From positions 1-56,243 of the forward strand of contig CAWUKD010000005.1 in NCBI GenBank assembly GCA_963922815.1: a DNA stretch of 56,243 nucleotides. The letters run 5' to 3'. This document shows positions 39,333 to 48,324 of this stretch, piece by piece. The DNA comes from an uncultured Gammaproteobacteria bacterium. GTDB taxonomy: Bacteria > Pseudomonadota > Gammaproteobacteria > Steroidobacterales > SZUA-146. The notes under the pieces were generated by a model. The model was not told the DNA's origin. It searched no databases and saw only the letters and a program-made list of their open reading frames with translations. Made by a program: the position numbers and the translations under genes. The number at the start of each line of letters is the position of its first letter. Within the stretch, counting starts at the first letter, position 1.

Positions 39333-41114
39333 TCAGGGCCGCCGGGTCAGAACGTGGTAGTGATTAACGGCAAGGTCTGAAAACACCTGGACGTCACCGT
39401 CCGGCCACTGCACACGAACGCTCTGTGGCTGTGTGGCATCGTCAAGACCGAAAACCACGCGAGGATCCGATGCGCTCATATAACTGCCATCGGTTCGTAC
39501 CACTCGCCGCAGGACGACTCCCGACGGTAACTCCAGACTCACCACCGCCCCCAGGGCGTCACCTGAAGAGCGACTCGCAAACGAAACGCCAAGCCAGGCC
39601 CGCTCCTGGCCCGCTTCATTAATATACAAACGGGCGCGCGCGTCTTTATTGCTGATCACAACGTCAACATCGCCGTCATTGTCGATGTCGCCAAACGCAG
39701 CCCCTCTTCCCGTGTGCGCCGGCCGTGTCGCATCCCCCGCTTCCTCGGCCGCATCGAAAAACCGCCCCGTGTCGGTATTCAGAAATACCTGGTTCCTTTG
39801 ACCGTACCCATCGCTGAGCTTGCCGGAGCGATCGATGTATCGTTGCACGGCGCCATTGGCCACAAACAGGTCAAGGTGACCGTCGTTGTCGATATCAAGC
39901 CACTCCGTGCCGAAACCGGTATGCGCCAGACTCGGAGTCGCCAGGTTAGCCCGATTCGTGACATCCAGAAAACCCAGCTTAAGATCGTTGCGATAAAGCG
40001 TATTGGTTTCATTGTCCCAGTGCGTAATAAACAGATCATCGTCTCCGTCGCGATCGAAGTCACCCGCCGCGATTCCCATACTGCCTTCGCTCATGCCGTT
40101 GACGTTGATGGCAACGCCGGTCAGCTGCCCCTGTTCTTCAAACGTTTGATGATTCCGGTTAAGCCAGAGCAGGTTGGGCTCGGCGTCGTTCGCAACGTAG
40201 ACATCGGCGGTGCCGTCCTGATTGAGGTCACGACACACCACGCCCAGCCCGGTTGATGCGCGCGTGTTGACCGACCACTCTTTGCTGCGATCCACAAAAC
40301 CGCCAGCGCCGTTATTCAAGAACAGGGCGTCAGTAATCCCGGCATACGACTGCGGGCCGCAGTAATCCTGCTGCCCGAGCGAATCACGACAGATGGTTTT
40401 GTCGTCGGGCGAGTACCGCACGTAGTTAGCGACGTACAGATCCAGCCAGCCGTCGTTATTCACATCACAGAAACTGGCGCTCGTGCTCCAGCGGCTGTCT
40501 GCTGCACCCGCCGCGTCAGCCATTTTTTTAAACACGCCGCCGTCGTTTCGATAAAGCGCGTTGTCATTATAATTGGTCACATAAATATCAGGGTCACCGT
40601 CATTGTCAAAGTCTGCGACGGCAACGCCCATGCCGTAGCTCTCCCCGACGAGGCCGACCTGTTCAGTGACATCGGTGAACGACAGAGCGCCATCGGGGAT
40701 GAGCCGATTGGCGAACAGGCGGTGGCCGCCTGCCTGACTTGCTGGAAACGGGTACAACGCTTTCCCATTGCCGGATCCATCTCGAAAATAATCGTTGGAC
40801 TGTACAAAAAAAACGTCCAGATCACCGTCGTCATCGTAATCCAGCAGGGCGACGCCGGAGCCGATAATTTCTGGGACATGATATTGACCGGTCGCTCCGG
40901 AGTAGTGCTGAAAATCCAGTCCGGTTTCATCCGTCAGGTCGCGAAACAAACGTACAGATGAGGCCTGTGTATCTTCATGGGACGGCAATGATTGTGCCGC
41001 TTCCTGCTCGGGAGAATCTCCGGCGCCACAGGCGCTGGTGCCAAGCAGGATCAGAATAACCAGCGCTCCGGCTGCACCGGAAGGCGGGATTGAGTGGACA
41101 GGGGTACGACTCAA
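39333..41114 (-). CDS. CRTAC1-like FG-GAP/VCBS + ASPIC-UnbV lipoprotein (copy 1)
   Basis: Lipobox GTSAC. Repeated D-x-D-x-DG-x-x-D motifs, GRGAAFGD.DNDG, DGSYMSASDPR..FGL, V.WP.G. TTG start overlapping the TPR stop codon. Confidence 0.88.
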   Translation of the reverse strand: MSRTPVHSIPPSGAAGALVILILLGTSACGAGDSPEQEAAQSLPSHEDTQASSVRLFRDLTDETGLDFQHYSGATGQYHVPEIIGSGVALLDYDDDGDLDVFFVQSNDYFRDGSGNGKALYPFPASQAGGHRLFANRLIPDGALSFTDVTEQVGLVGESYGMGVAVADFDNDGDPDIYVTNYNDNALYRNDGGVFKKMADAAGAADSRWSTSASFCDVNNDGWLDLYVANYVRYSPDDKTICRDSLGQQDYCGPQSYAGITDALFLNNGAGGFVDRSKEWSVNTRASTGLGVVCRDLNQDGTADVYVANDAEPNLLWLNRNHQTFEEQGQLTGVAINVNGMSEGSMGIAAGDFDRDGDDDLFITHWDNETNTLYRNDLKLGFLDVTNRANLATPSLAHTGFGTEWLDIDNDGHLDLFVANGAVQRYIDRSGKLSDGYGQRNQVFLNTDTGRFFDAAEEAGDATRPAHTGRGAAFGDIDNDGDVDVVISNKDARARLYINEAGQERAWLGVSFASRSSGDALGAVVSLELPSGVVLRRVVRTDGSYMSASDPRVVFGLDDATQPQSVRVQWPDGDVQVFSDLAVNHYHVLTRRP

Positions 41115-42622
41115 TTTACTGGCCTCGCCTGATCGCCTGAAGCACCGTCGCTGCGAAACCCCAGTTCTAAGGCAACCTGTTCAAGCGCACGCGCCGCGCT
41201 TGCGTTTCCATAGTGCCTTGCGAGTTCCTGACCCGAGGCCAGAGTCCTTCGAGCCTCGTCGATCTCTTCGGCTTCAGCCAGACAGCGCACCAGATCCGGC
41301 ACGAACGCTGGCGTACGCGCGCTTTCGATTAACACGCTGGATCGCAAGTTCGGCAGTGCCGTCGCACAGTTTTGCGTACTCATCAGGTAGCGGCCGAACA
41401 GATAGTGGGCCAGAGTCTGGGTCGGATCGTCCTGAAGAGCCTGGCGATATTCTTCAGGTTCGACGGGAGCACCGAGTAACTCCGAACAGTAGGCTGCGAG
41501 CGTCCGCGCCTCCGCGTGCGTGGGCTGCAACGCTATCGCTTCCTTAAACAGGGCTTGTGCGTTTGCAAAGTCTCCACGTTTCATGAATACCGTGCCCAAA
41601 GACACTATCGGCATCACGTCGGCAGGATTCAACTCACGTGCGGTAATCAGGTGACGTCGGGCACCAGCCAGATTGCCAAGCTCGGCATAAATTCCTACGA
41701 GGCTTGCGTGACTACTCGCGTTGTCGGGATTGGCAGTGATGGCACTCTCGTATGACCGGGCAGCCTCGCCGAGACGACCCGCCTTGAAATGAGCACGAGC
41801 TTCGCGGACATGGCGTGCGTCGCCAATCTGTTCATCCTGAATGTTCCAAAGCACTGAATCTACAAACGGAATCTTGGCGTCTGTGAACCGACTGGCCGCC
41901 GCCGCATGAAACGCCGCTGCATCCACGGCGCCCTCCTGCCGATTGAGCGTTGCCAGTGCTGCGTGCACGATGCCGAATTGACGGCCGTTCTGATGCAGGC
42001 TTTCAAGCAGCTCACGCGCTCTTTCCAGATTCCCGCTCTCCATCACCGACATTGCCAGCCCGTAAACAGCTTCAAGGTTTTTCCTGTCTGACTTTACGGC
42101 CCGTTCAAACAGCGGCAATGCCAGATCGGTTTGACCCTGGTCCCGATAGGCCGCAGCCAGCACGGTCTGCGCTCGCGGAAACGCGGGTTTTCGTTCAACC
42201 AGGGTTTGCAGCAGGTCTATGGCCTCTTCGTTGTTTCCAAGCTGGCGCAGCGTCAGGGCTTCAAGGTACAGGCATTCCAGATCGCTGGGTCGAAGCAGCC
42301 GACACCTCTCGTACATTATCGCAGCCGGTGCATGTAACGAATACGCGTGGAGCAGCCTGGCAAAGCGGGAATTGTAGTGACCATCGAGTGGCGTTGATTT
42401 GAGCTGTGCCTGTACGTCTGCGAAGAGCACTCTGACTTCTTCTGACAGGTGTCCTGTTTCAACCGTCGGAACAGGTGGAAGTTCGGAACTCGACTCGATC
42501 TGCGACCTGTCAGGATGCGTATCGGTACAGGCAGCCACAACGGTAAACACCAACGCACCGATAAACAGTCGCAGAGGATTACGCGCTACCGGTATATGAG
42601 TCGTCATAGGTATTGGTCGCAT
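41111..42622 (-). CDS. TPR repeat lipoprotein (copy 1)
   Basis: Lipobox VVAAC, LPPVP, many TPR helices ending in P. Confidence 0.85.
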   Translation of the reverse strand: MRPIPMTTHIPVARNPLRLFIGALVFTVVAACTDTHPDRSQIESSSELPPVPTVETGHLSEEVRVLFADVQAQLKSTPLDGHYNSRFARLLHAYSLHAPAAIMYERCRLLRPSDLECLYLEALTLRQLGNNEEAIDLLQTLVERKPAFPRAQTVLAAAYRDQGQTDLALPLFERAVKSDRKNLEAVYGLAMSVMESGNLERARELLESLHQNGRQFGIVHAALATLNRQEGAVDAAAFHAAAASRFTDAKIPFVDSVLWNIQDEQIGDARHVREARAHFKAGRLGEAARSYESAITANPDNASSHASLVGIYAELGNLAGARRHLITARELNPADVMPIVSLGTVFMKRGDFANAQALFKEAIALQPTHAEARTLAAYCSELLGAPVEPEEYRQALQDDPTQTLAHYLFGRYLMSTQNCATALPNLRSSVLIESARTPAFVPDLVRCLAEAEEIDEARRTLASGQELARHYGNASAARALEQVALELGFRSDGASGDQARPVN

Positions 42623-42716
42623 GTTGAAGTCAGAACGTATGGCCGTAAAAAAATCCCGGGGAGCAAATCTGCTGTGAGCCTCGGTCGCAACTACTGGGCC
42701 TAAACAGAAAATCGAG

Positions 42717-42729
42717 TGTACAAAAAAGC
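42717..42729. repeat. 13-bp direct repeat, right copy (TGTACAAAAAAGC)
   Basis: Identical to 39259-39271. Forms the minus-strand U-tract of the adjacent terminator. Confidence 0.7.
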
Positions 42730-42751
42730 CCCGCAGAGCGGGGCTTTTCTT
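42722..42751. terminator. Bidirectional Rho-independent terminator
   Basis: AAAAAA-GCCCCGC-AGA-GCGGGGC-TTTTCTTT. Confidence 0.85.
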
Positions 42752-42863
42752 TAAGTCGATGGTTCCTGATCAGTCGCATCCAGCCAGACGCTGCTCAACA
42801 GATCTTTGGTAAGTCGATCTCAATGACGTTGCGGCAGTTTCGCAAATCCGCCGCAGCTCAGTA

Positions 42864-43046
42864 CTAGTGAGGACCGATAGACCGATCCTGCGCAATGGAC
42901 AGGCACTCGGGATGATCATGGTGCCGCCGCAGGAAGCCAAGCGCTTTAACCGCCTGCTGCAGGTTTGGAAACGGCGTTGGAAGTTTACGCGACGCCAGAT
43001 TCTCCGGGTGCGTGTCGACAATGAAATAGGCAATTTGATGGTTCAT
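42864..43046 (-). CDS. Possible small protein (60 aa)
   Basis: ATG start and protein-like sequence MNHQIAYFIVDTHPEN...; followed by a hairpin and then a strong terminator. No clear RBS. Confidence 0.4.
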   Translation of the reverse strand: MNHQIAYFIVDTHPENLASRKLPTPFPNLQQAVKALGFLRRHHDHPECLSIAQDRSIGPH

Positions 43047-43391
43047 GAATAAACGTTAACCAAAGGCGGATTCGCGGTCTGTGATCGGCGTCTAATTACT
43101 ATAAATGACCGAAAACTGCGCACATCTATTCGAATTAGACCGCGTATAAGACCTGTCGGGCTGATGTGCCACTATGGTGTAATCAGGCCTGACAACGGTC
43201 TTTTACTCTGTTTCCTGTTATGTAATGCGGCGCAGCATAATTCGCACACCATGAATCAGAGTCAGAAACTGGAAACCTGTTTCACACTGCGAATATACTT
43301 TTGCCAGGGTTTATGTGAAACGGACTAGCCTCTTTTTAACGTAAATCAAGAAGAACTAAGTAAAAAGGTCAGTACTTAAGGGAGACCAATA

Positions 43392-43991
43392 ATGAACAAC
43401 AAGTTTAAGGCAGCGCTAATGCTGGCTGGTGTGATGGGGTTATCAGCACCTGCATTCGCCGGCACACTCACATTTTCAGATACGCTGGACGGAACCGAGC
43501 CGACCTGGGACAACCCGGACACCGGGGCGACAACACTCACAGGCTACGACACGTTTGAGTTCACCGTCGACACAAGTGGTACCTATTCGATCCTCAGTTT
43601 TTACCCCGGCGATACGTCAGTGGACGAAAACCTGGATGGTTTTCTGAGTCTGTTTGCCAGCCCATTCGACGGTGGGGCACCCGGCGCATCTTTGGCATTT
43701 GATGACGACTATAGCGCCGGCGGAATCGCAGGTTTGGCTGCCTTTGACGGCGCCTGCGATGGCTCCAACTGCTCCGCGTTTGAAGCGACTCTGACGGCAG
43801 GTACAACCTACACGCTGGTTCAGACGTCGTTTACCGATGTGGCGAACTCATTCGGCCAGCCGCTGGGTGATTACACCACCACCATCACCGGTCCGGGCGA
43901 AATTACCGGCTCTCCAATTCCGGTTCCGGCTGCCATCTGGTTCATGCTGAGTGGTCTGGTAGGACTGTTTGGTATGAAGCGACGCAGCTAA
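43392..43991 (+). CDS. Exported beta-rich (PPC-like) protein with VPLPA-CTERM-type sorting tail
   Basis: Signal peptide ending AFA; FTVDTSGTY, AFDDD, LTAGTTYTLV. Tail PIPVPAAIWFMLSGLVGLFGMKRRS. AGGGAG RBS. Confidence 0.85.
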   Translation: MNNKFKAALMLAGVMGLSAPAFAGTLTFSDTLDGTEPTWDNPDTGATTLTGYDTFEFTVDTSGTYSILSFYPGDTSVDENLDGFLSLFASPFDGGAPGASLAFDDDYSAGGIAGLAAFDGACDGSNCSAFEATLTAGTTYTLVQTSFTDVANSFGQPLGDYTTTITGPGEITGSPIPVPAAIWFMLSGLVGLFGMKRRS

Positions 43992-44016
43992 ACGCCAGAC
44001 GTTTTACGTACGAACG

Positions 44017-44046
44017 AAAAACCCCGCCAGTGGCGGGGTTTTTTTT
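44017..44046 (+). terminator. Rho-independent terminator (also bidirectional)
   Basis: AAAAA-CCCCGCC-AGT-GGCGGGG-T8. Confidence 0.9.
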
Positions 44047-44088
44047 ATGCCTGCATTTCCGGTCGGATATGGTGATGGGTATATCAGC

Positions 44089-44196
44089 CTCCTGGCGTAC
44101 TCCTGGCGTACTCCTCGCGCCAGTCTCTCCGGCACGGTCGAACGACAAATGGAATTCCAGGCGCCAGTCTCTCCGACAAGTTCGAACGCCAGATGA
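44089..44196. repeat. 11-bp tandem repeat plus ~36-bp imperfect direct repeat (44-bp period)
   Basis: CTCCTGGCGTA x2.5, then GCGCCAGTCTCTCCG..TCGAACG.CA.ATG at 44117 and 44161. Confidence 0.8.
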
Positions 44197-44207
44197 CTCA
44201 CAGGGAG

Positions 44208-46046
44208 CTAGTCAGCTTTTGGCCAGGCCTGGCCTTCGCCTTCTACTAGCGTTAGACGATGCACATCGGCGGATGAGTCAACGCGAAACCGCTCCCGCTT
44301 GCCTCGAGGCCAGATAACACCTATCTCGAACGCGGTACGCTTGGCGCTATCGCTCTTGTCACGGCCCAGTCCAAAGCGCACACGTGCGTCGTTCGCGCTC
44401 AGGTAGCTGCCATCGGTACTGGCGTGCCGCCAGACCGGAGCTGCGCCGGGACGCAACAAGGCCAGGCGTGCACCCGTGGCATCGCGGCTTGACTCGGTGC
44501 CCTGTAAAACAACGTCTACCCAGTCACCCCGATCCGGAGCGATATTGCGCAGCAGGCGCACCGGACCGTTATTGTTGGTCAGCACGATATCCATCCCGCC
44601 ATCGTTATCCAGATCACCGAAGGCCGCGCCGCGGCTGACTTCCAGGGCAGTTATCCCTTCACCTCCCTGAGCCGATACGTCGACAAACCGACCAGCCTTG
44701 TTCACGTACAGCTGATTGGGTTGCTCGAGTGGGTAATCGGATACGGCCACGCGTTTTTCTTCCAGCTTGACGTTGCCGTTAGCGACAAACAGATCCAGCC
44801 AGCCGTCGTTGTCCAGATCAAAAAAACGCGAACCGAACCCGGTACTCGACAGGCTGCTGGCTCCAAGGCCTGCCCGGTCTGTGCCGTCGAAAAACTGCGC
44901 CTTACCGTTATTCACATAGAGCGTATTGGTTTCCTGGATCAGATGCGTCATGAACAGGTCGAGGTCTCCGTCATTATCATAATCACCCGCGGTAACGCCC
45001 ATGCTGGCCTCGGCGCCGCCCATGGCGTTGTAGGCCGTGCCTGAACGCAAGCCGGATTCTTCGAAGCGGTCACCGTTTTGGTTAATCCACAGGCGATTGG
45101 CCGTTCCGTCATTGGCAACAAACACGTCGAGCCAGTCGTCGCCATTGAAGTCGGCCCACAGTACGCCCAGGCCCGGACCCGCTGACTCTCCGATACCCAC
45201 TTCCCCGCTAACGTCGCTGAAGACTCCGGTTCCATCGTTGCGATACAGCTGATCGGTCATCGGCGGAAACACTTGTGGACCGCAATAATCACGACGGCCC
45301 CCGGAACTGAAGCACTCGGTGTTTCGGGATGCGTCGAACTCCACGTAGTCGACCGAAAACAAATCCAGATCTCCGTCCCGATCGTAGTCGGCAAACGCCG
45401 CGCTGGTCGTCCAGCCAGGCGCATGGATTCCGCTGTCTTCTGTCACGTCGGAAAACGTGCCGTCGCCATTGTTGCGGTAAAACACGTTGGGCCCGAAATT
45501 GGTGAGATACAAGTCGGCATCGCCATCATTATCAACGTCACCCACGGCCGCGCCCATTCCATATCCTGCGTGATCCAGACCGGAAGCTGTGCTCACATCG
45601 GTAAACGTAAGCTCTCCCCCGGGAATCCACTCATTGCGAAACAGGCGGTTGGTCAGGGGCCCTTCGGGTGCCGGAAACACGGAATCCTGAACGCGGCGAT
45701 CCGGGTCGGCCATCGCGCCCTGAATCAGGTAAACGTCAAGATCACCGTCATTGTCATAGTCAAACAGGGCCACGCCCGACCCCATCACTTCGACCATCAA
45801 ATACTCGCCGGTAGCCCCGACAAACTGTTCAAAGTTCAGATTGGCGGCTCTGGCCACGTCTTCGAAGAACGGACCCGAGGCTGTGTACGCACCGTCGTCG
45901 GTGTTATCCGATACATTTCCGGGTTGCTCGTTAGCCGGACCACGAAGATCCGCGGGATTCGACGCACTGTCATCCGTGGCGCTATCCCCACCACAGGCTG
46001 TCACACCCAGCACCGCCAATAACACGCCGTAACGCGATGGTTTCAA
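44208..46046 (-). CDS. CRTAC1-like FG-GAP/VCBS + ASPIC-UnbV lipoprotein (copy 2)
   Basis: Lipobox GVTAC. DYDNDGDLD repeats, SRGAAFGDLDNDG, DGSYLSANDAR..FGL, IWP.G. TTG start 2 nt after the TPR stop. Confidence 0.88.
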   Translation of the reverse strand: MKPSRYGVLLAVLGVTACGGDSATDDSASNPADLRGPANEQPGNVSDNTDDGAYTASGPFFEDVARAANLNFEQFVGATGEYLMVEVMGSGVALFDYDNDGDLDVYLIQGAMADPDRRVQDSVFPAPEGPLTNRLFRNEWIPGGELTFTDVSTASGLDHAGYGMGAAVGDVDNDGDADLYLTNFGPNVFYRNNGDGTFSDVTEDSGIHAPGWTTSAAFADYDRDGDLDLFSVDYVEFDASRNTECFSSGGRRDYCGPQVFPPMTDQLYRNDGTGVFSDVSGEVGIGESAGPGLGVLWADFNGDDWLDVFVANDGTANRLWINQNGDRFEESGLRSGTAYNAMGGAEASMGVTAGDYDNDGDLDLFMTHLIQETNTLYVNNGKAQFFDGTDRAGLGASSLSSTGFGSRFFDLDNDGWLDLFVANGNVKLEEKRVAVSDYPLEQPNQLYVNKAGRFVDVSAQGGEGITALEVSRGAAFGDLDNDGGMDIVLTNNNGPVRLLRNIAPDRGDWVDVVLQGTESSRDATGARLALLRPGAAPVWRHASTDGSYLSANDARVRFGLGRDKSDSAKRTAFEIGVIWPRGKRERFRVDSSADVHRLTLVEGEGQAWPKAD

Positions 46047-46048
46047 AG

Positions 46049-47488
46049 TCAGTCGCCCCCTTCGTGCTGTCGTTGTAATTTACCCAGCATGGACCTGGCC
46101 AGATTGGCGGTTGGAAAATTGTCAAAGCGATTGGACAGTTCGATCGACTCCTCCAAGGCAGCCATGGCCTCGTCCGATCGACCGGCATCGGCATACGCTT
46201 TGCCGAGATCAAGCAGTATTTCAGGTGATGCAGGATCCACACGCTCCCGAATGGTTTCCAGATGTTCAATGGCGCCGGACGCGTCACCACGGTTTAGCAA
46301 TGCCCGCCCGAGTCGCCAGTGGGCAACGCGGTTTTCGGGCGCGTGAGTTAACGCGTCCCGGTATTTTGCTATGGCTTCATTGTCGCGCTGCTGTTGCTCA
46401 AGCAGCATGCCAAGCTGAACGTGTGTATCGGCATTGCGAGGATCAATGCTCAACGAGCGCTCAAAGGCCATGGTCGCTTCCGTTCGCCTGTCTTCGATCA
46501 GGCGCGCGATACCAATCGCGTAATGCAGTTTCGGATGATCCGGATCGATAGCCGTCGCTGCCGCGATGTGTCGATCAGCGTCGGCGAAGCGCCGGCCGGA
46601 CGCGTAGACGCCAACCAGCGTGACATGCGCGGCCAGGCTATCGGGGTCGTTTTGTACCGCCTGTTCGAGCAACACTAACGCATTCCCGGTATCGCCCCGG
46701 TCGACCAGAGCTTTCGCACGCGTCACCAGTTGATCAACGCTGATATTCAGGGCATGCACATTACCCATCACCGGATCCACCACGCCGGCCGTGATCTCTC
46801 GCATCTGCTCGTATCGGGCCAGATGAAAATCGGCTTTCTCATGCTGGCCGAGCATTCGATTCATCTGCGAATACTGATAATGGAGCGCCGCGAACGGACC
46901 AGACAATTGTTCAACGCGCTGCAAATGGCCAATCGCCTGTTCAGCCTCACCTTCGCGCCCGGCCAGCTTGGCGAGTATGAAATGCGCTTCGGGGCGATTC
47001 GGCTCGGTTGTTAACACGCGTTCGACCGCAGCTCGTGCCTCCGCGTCGCGACTGACCTTTAAATAAAGCTCCGCTAACTGGACGTTGATCGGTCCGTACT
47101 CCGGATTAAGCTCGAGCGCGCGCAGCATCGACGCTTCAGCCGCATCGGTCTGACCCAGCTCTGCCTTCGCTCGCCCTGACAAATAATGCCACTCGAATGC
47201 GCGCGGTTTCAGCGCGCCGGCCCGATCGAACATGATCGCCGCCGAGTCATACTGTTCATAGGCGTACAGGAGCATTCCGAGCTTACCGTTCGCCTCCGCC
47301 TTCCCGGGCGACTTTTCAACTCGCGTCATGGCTGTGGTGAGCTGCTGCTGAATGACAGGAAGGTAGCGCTCCGTATCAATCTCGGGCACGGGTGGCAGAT
47401 CAGACACCCGGGCACCCTGTCCACAACCTGCCAGCGCACCCAGTGCCAGCGTCGCTGTCAGTATCAGAAGTTTAAGGAGACGCGACAT
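46049..47488 (-). CDS. TPR repeat lipoprotein (copy 2)
   Basis: Start MSRLLKLL (47488) gives lipobox LAGC; LPPVP; about 10 TPR-like units. Confidence 0.86.
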   Translation of the reverse strand: MSRLLKLLILTATLALGALAGCGQGARVSDLPPVPEIDTERYLPVIQQQLTTAMTRVEKSPGKAEANGKLGMLLYAYEQYDSAAIMFDRAGALKPRAFEWHYLSGRAKAELGQTDAAEASMLRALELNPEYGPINVQLAELYLKVSRDAEARAAVERVLTTEPNRPEAHFILAKLAGREGEAEQAIGHLQRVEQLSGPFAALHYQYSQMNRMLGQHEKADFHLARYEQMREITAGVVDPVMGNVHALNISVDQLVTRAKALVDRGDTGNALVLLEQAVQNDPDSLAAHVTLVGVYASGRRFADADRHIAAATAIDPDHPKLHYAIGIARLIEDRRTEATMAFERSLSIDPRNADTHVQLGMLLEQQQRDNEAIAKYRDALTHAPENRVAHWRLGRALLNRGDASGAIEHLETIRERVDPASPEILLDLGKAYADAGRSDEAMAALEESIELSNRFDNFPTANLARSMLGKLQRQHEGGD

Positions 47489-47502
47489 CGAAGACCCTTT
47501 TA

Positions 47503-48324
47503 TTAACGCGTACGACGATACAGCACGAAGCTCAGGTCGTCCGGCTTGCATGGGTTACCTTCACCAAAACGGGTCATGCGTTCATGGATGCGCTGTCGCA
47601 GTTGCTCGGCAACGGCTATGAGCTTGCCTTTTCGAATCGTCTCGACAATTTCCTGTATGCGCAGGTTGTCGAGCAGACCGTCGCTCGCGAGCAGTAGCGT
47701 ATCGTACCGCGCCAGTTTCACGATCGGACCCACTTCTATACTCATCTCACTGCTGCCAAGCACGTTCGACACGATGTGCCGACTCTCGTGCGCCAGGGCC
47801 ATTTCTTCATCGATCAGCCCGCTGGCCTCCGCGTGACCGACGGGTGAGTGAGCAATGGTTTTTAACTTGATTGCCCCGCGCTGTCCTACCAATAGCCCGC
47901 CGGAATCACCAATGTGATAAACCCGCAGTTCCTTGTCATGCACCAGTGCACCGATCAACGTAGTAGCCGCGCCGCCGCCTACGTGCATGACTTCCTGGTT
48001 ACCGTGCTCCAGTCCATTCATCATGGTGGCACGAAGCGGTCGCTCTTCGTTGTGGTTGCGAAGGCTTTCAAATAGCGATCTGATGGCCGTAGCAGAAGCT
48101 TCAGCCCCGGCACGGTGACCACCCAGCCCGTCCGCTATCACCAGCGCCGACACATCGTCGTTGATTTGCATAACGCCAATGCTGTCTTCGTTGCCGGTCT
48201 CTTTATCCGGACTCGACAGGGCAAAATAGGCGACTTCTCCACCGTTGAGCACCTGGTGCCCAACCTCGTCGAGGTCACCACCAATCAGCAGCTCGGTATT
48301 CGAGCCTGTCGCGGAAGCGGTCAT
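47503..48324 (-). CDS. PP2C/PPM family Ser/Thr protein phosphatase
   Basis: NEDS, IADGLGGH..G..AS, TT, HIGDS, LLASDGL.D, DD. ATGA overlap with the kinase stop. Confidence 0.92.
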   Translation of the reverse strand: MTASATGSNTELLIGGDLDEVGHQVLNGGEVAYFALSSPDKETGNEDSIGVMQINDDVSALVIADGLGGHRAGAEASATAIRSLFESLRNHNEERPLRATMMNGLEHGNQEVMHVGGGAATTLIGALVHDKELRVYHIGDSGGLLVGQRGAIKLKTIAHSPVGHAEASGLIDEEMALAHESRHIVSNVLGSSEMSIEVGPIVKLARYDTLLLASDGLLDNLRIQEIVETIRKGKLIAVAEQLRQRIHERMTRFGEGNPCKPDDLSFVLYRRTR

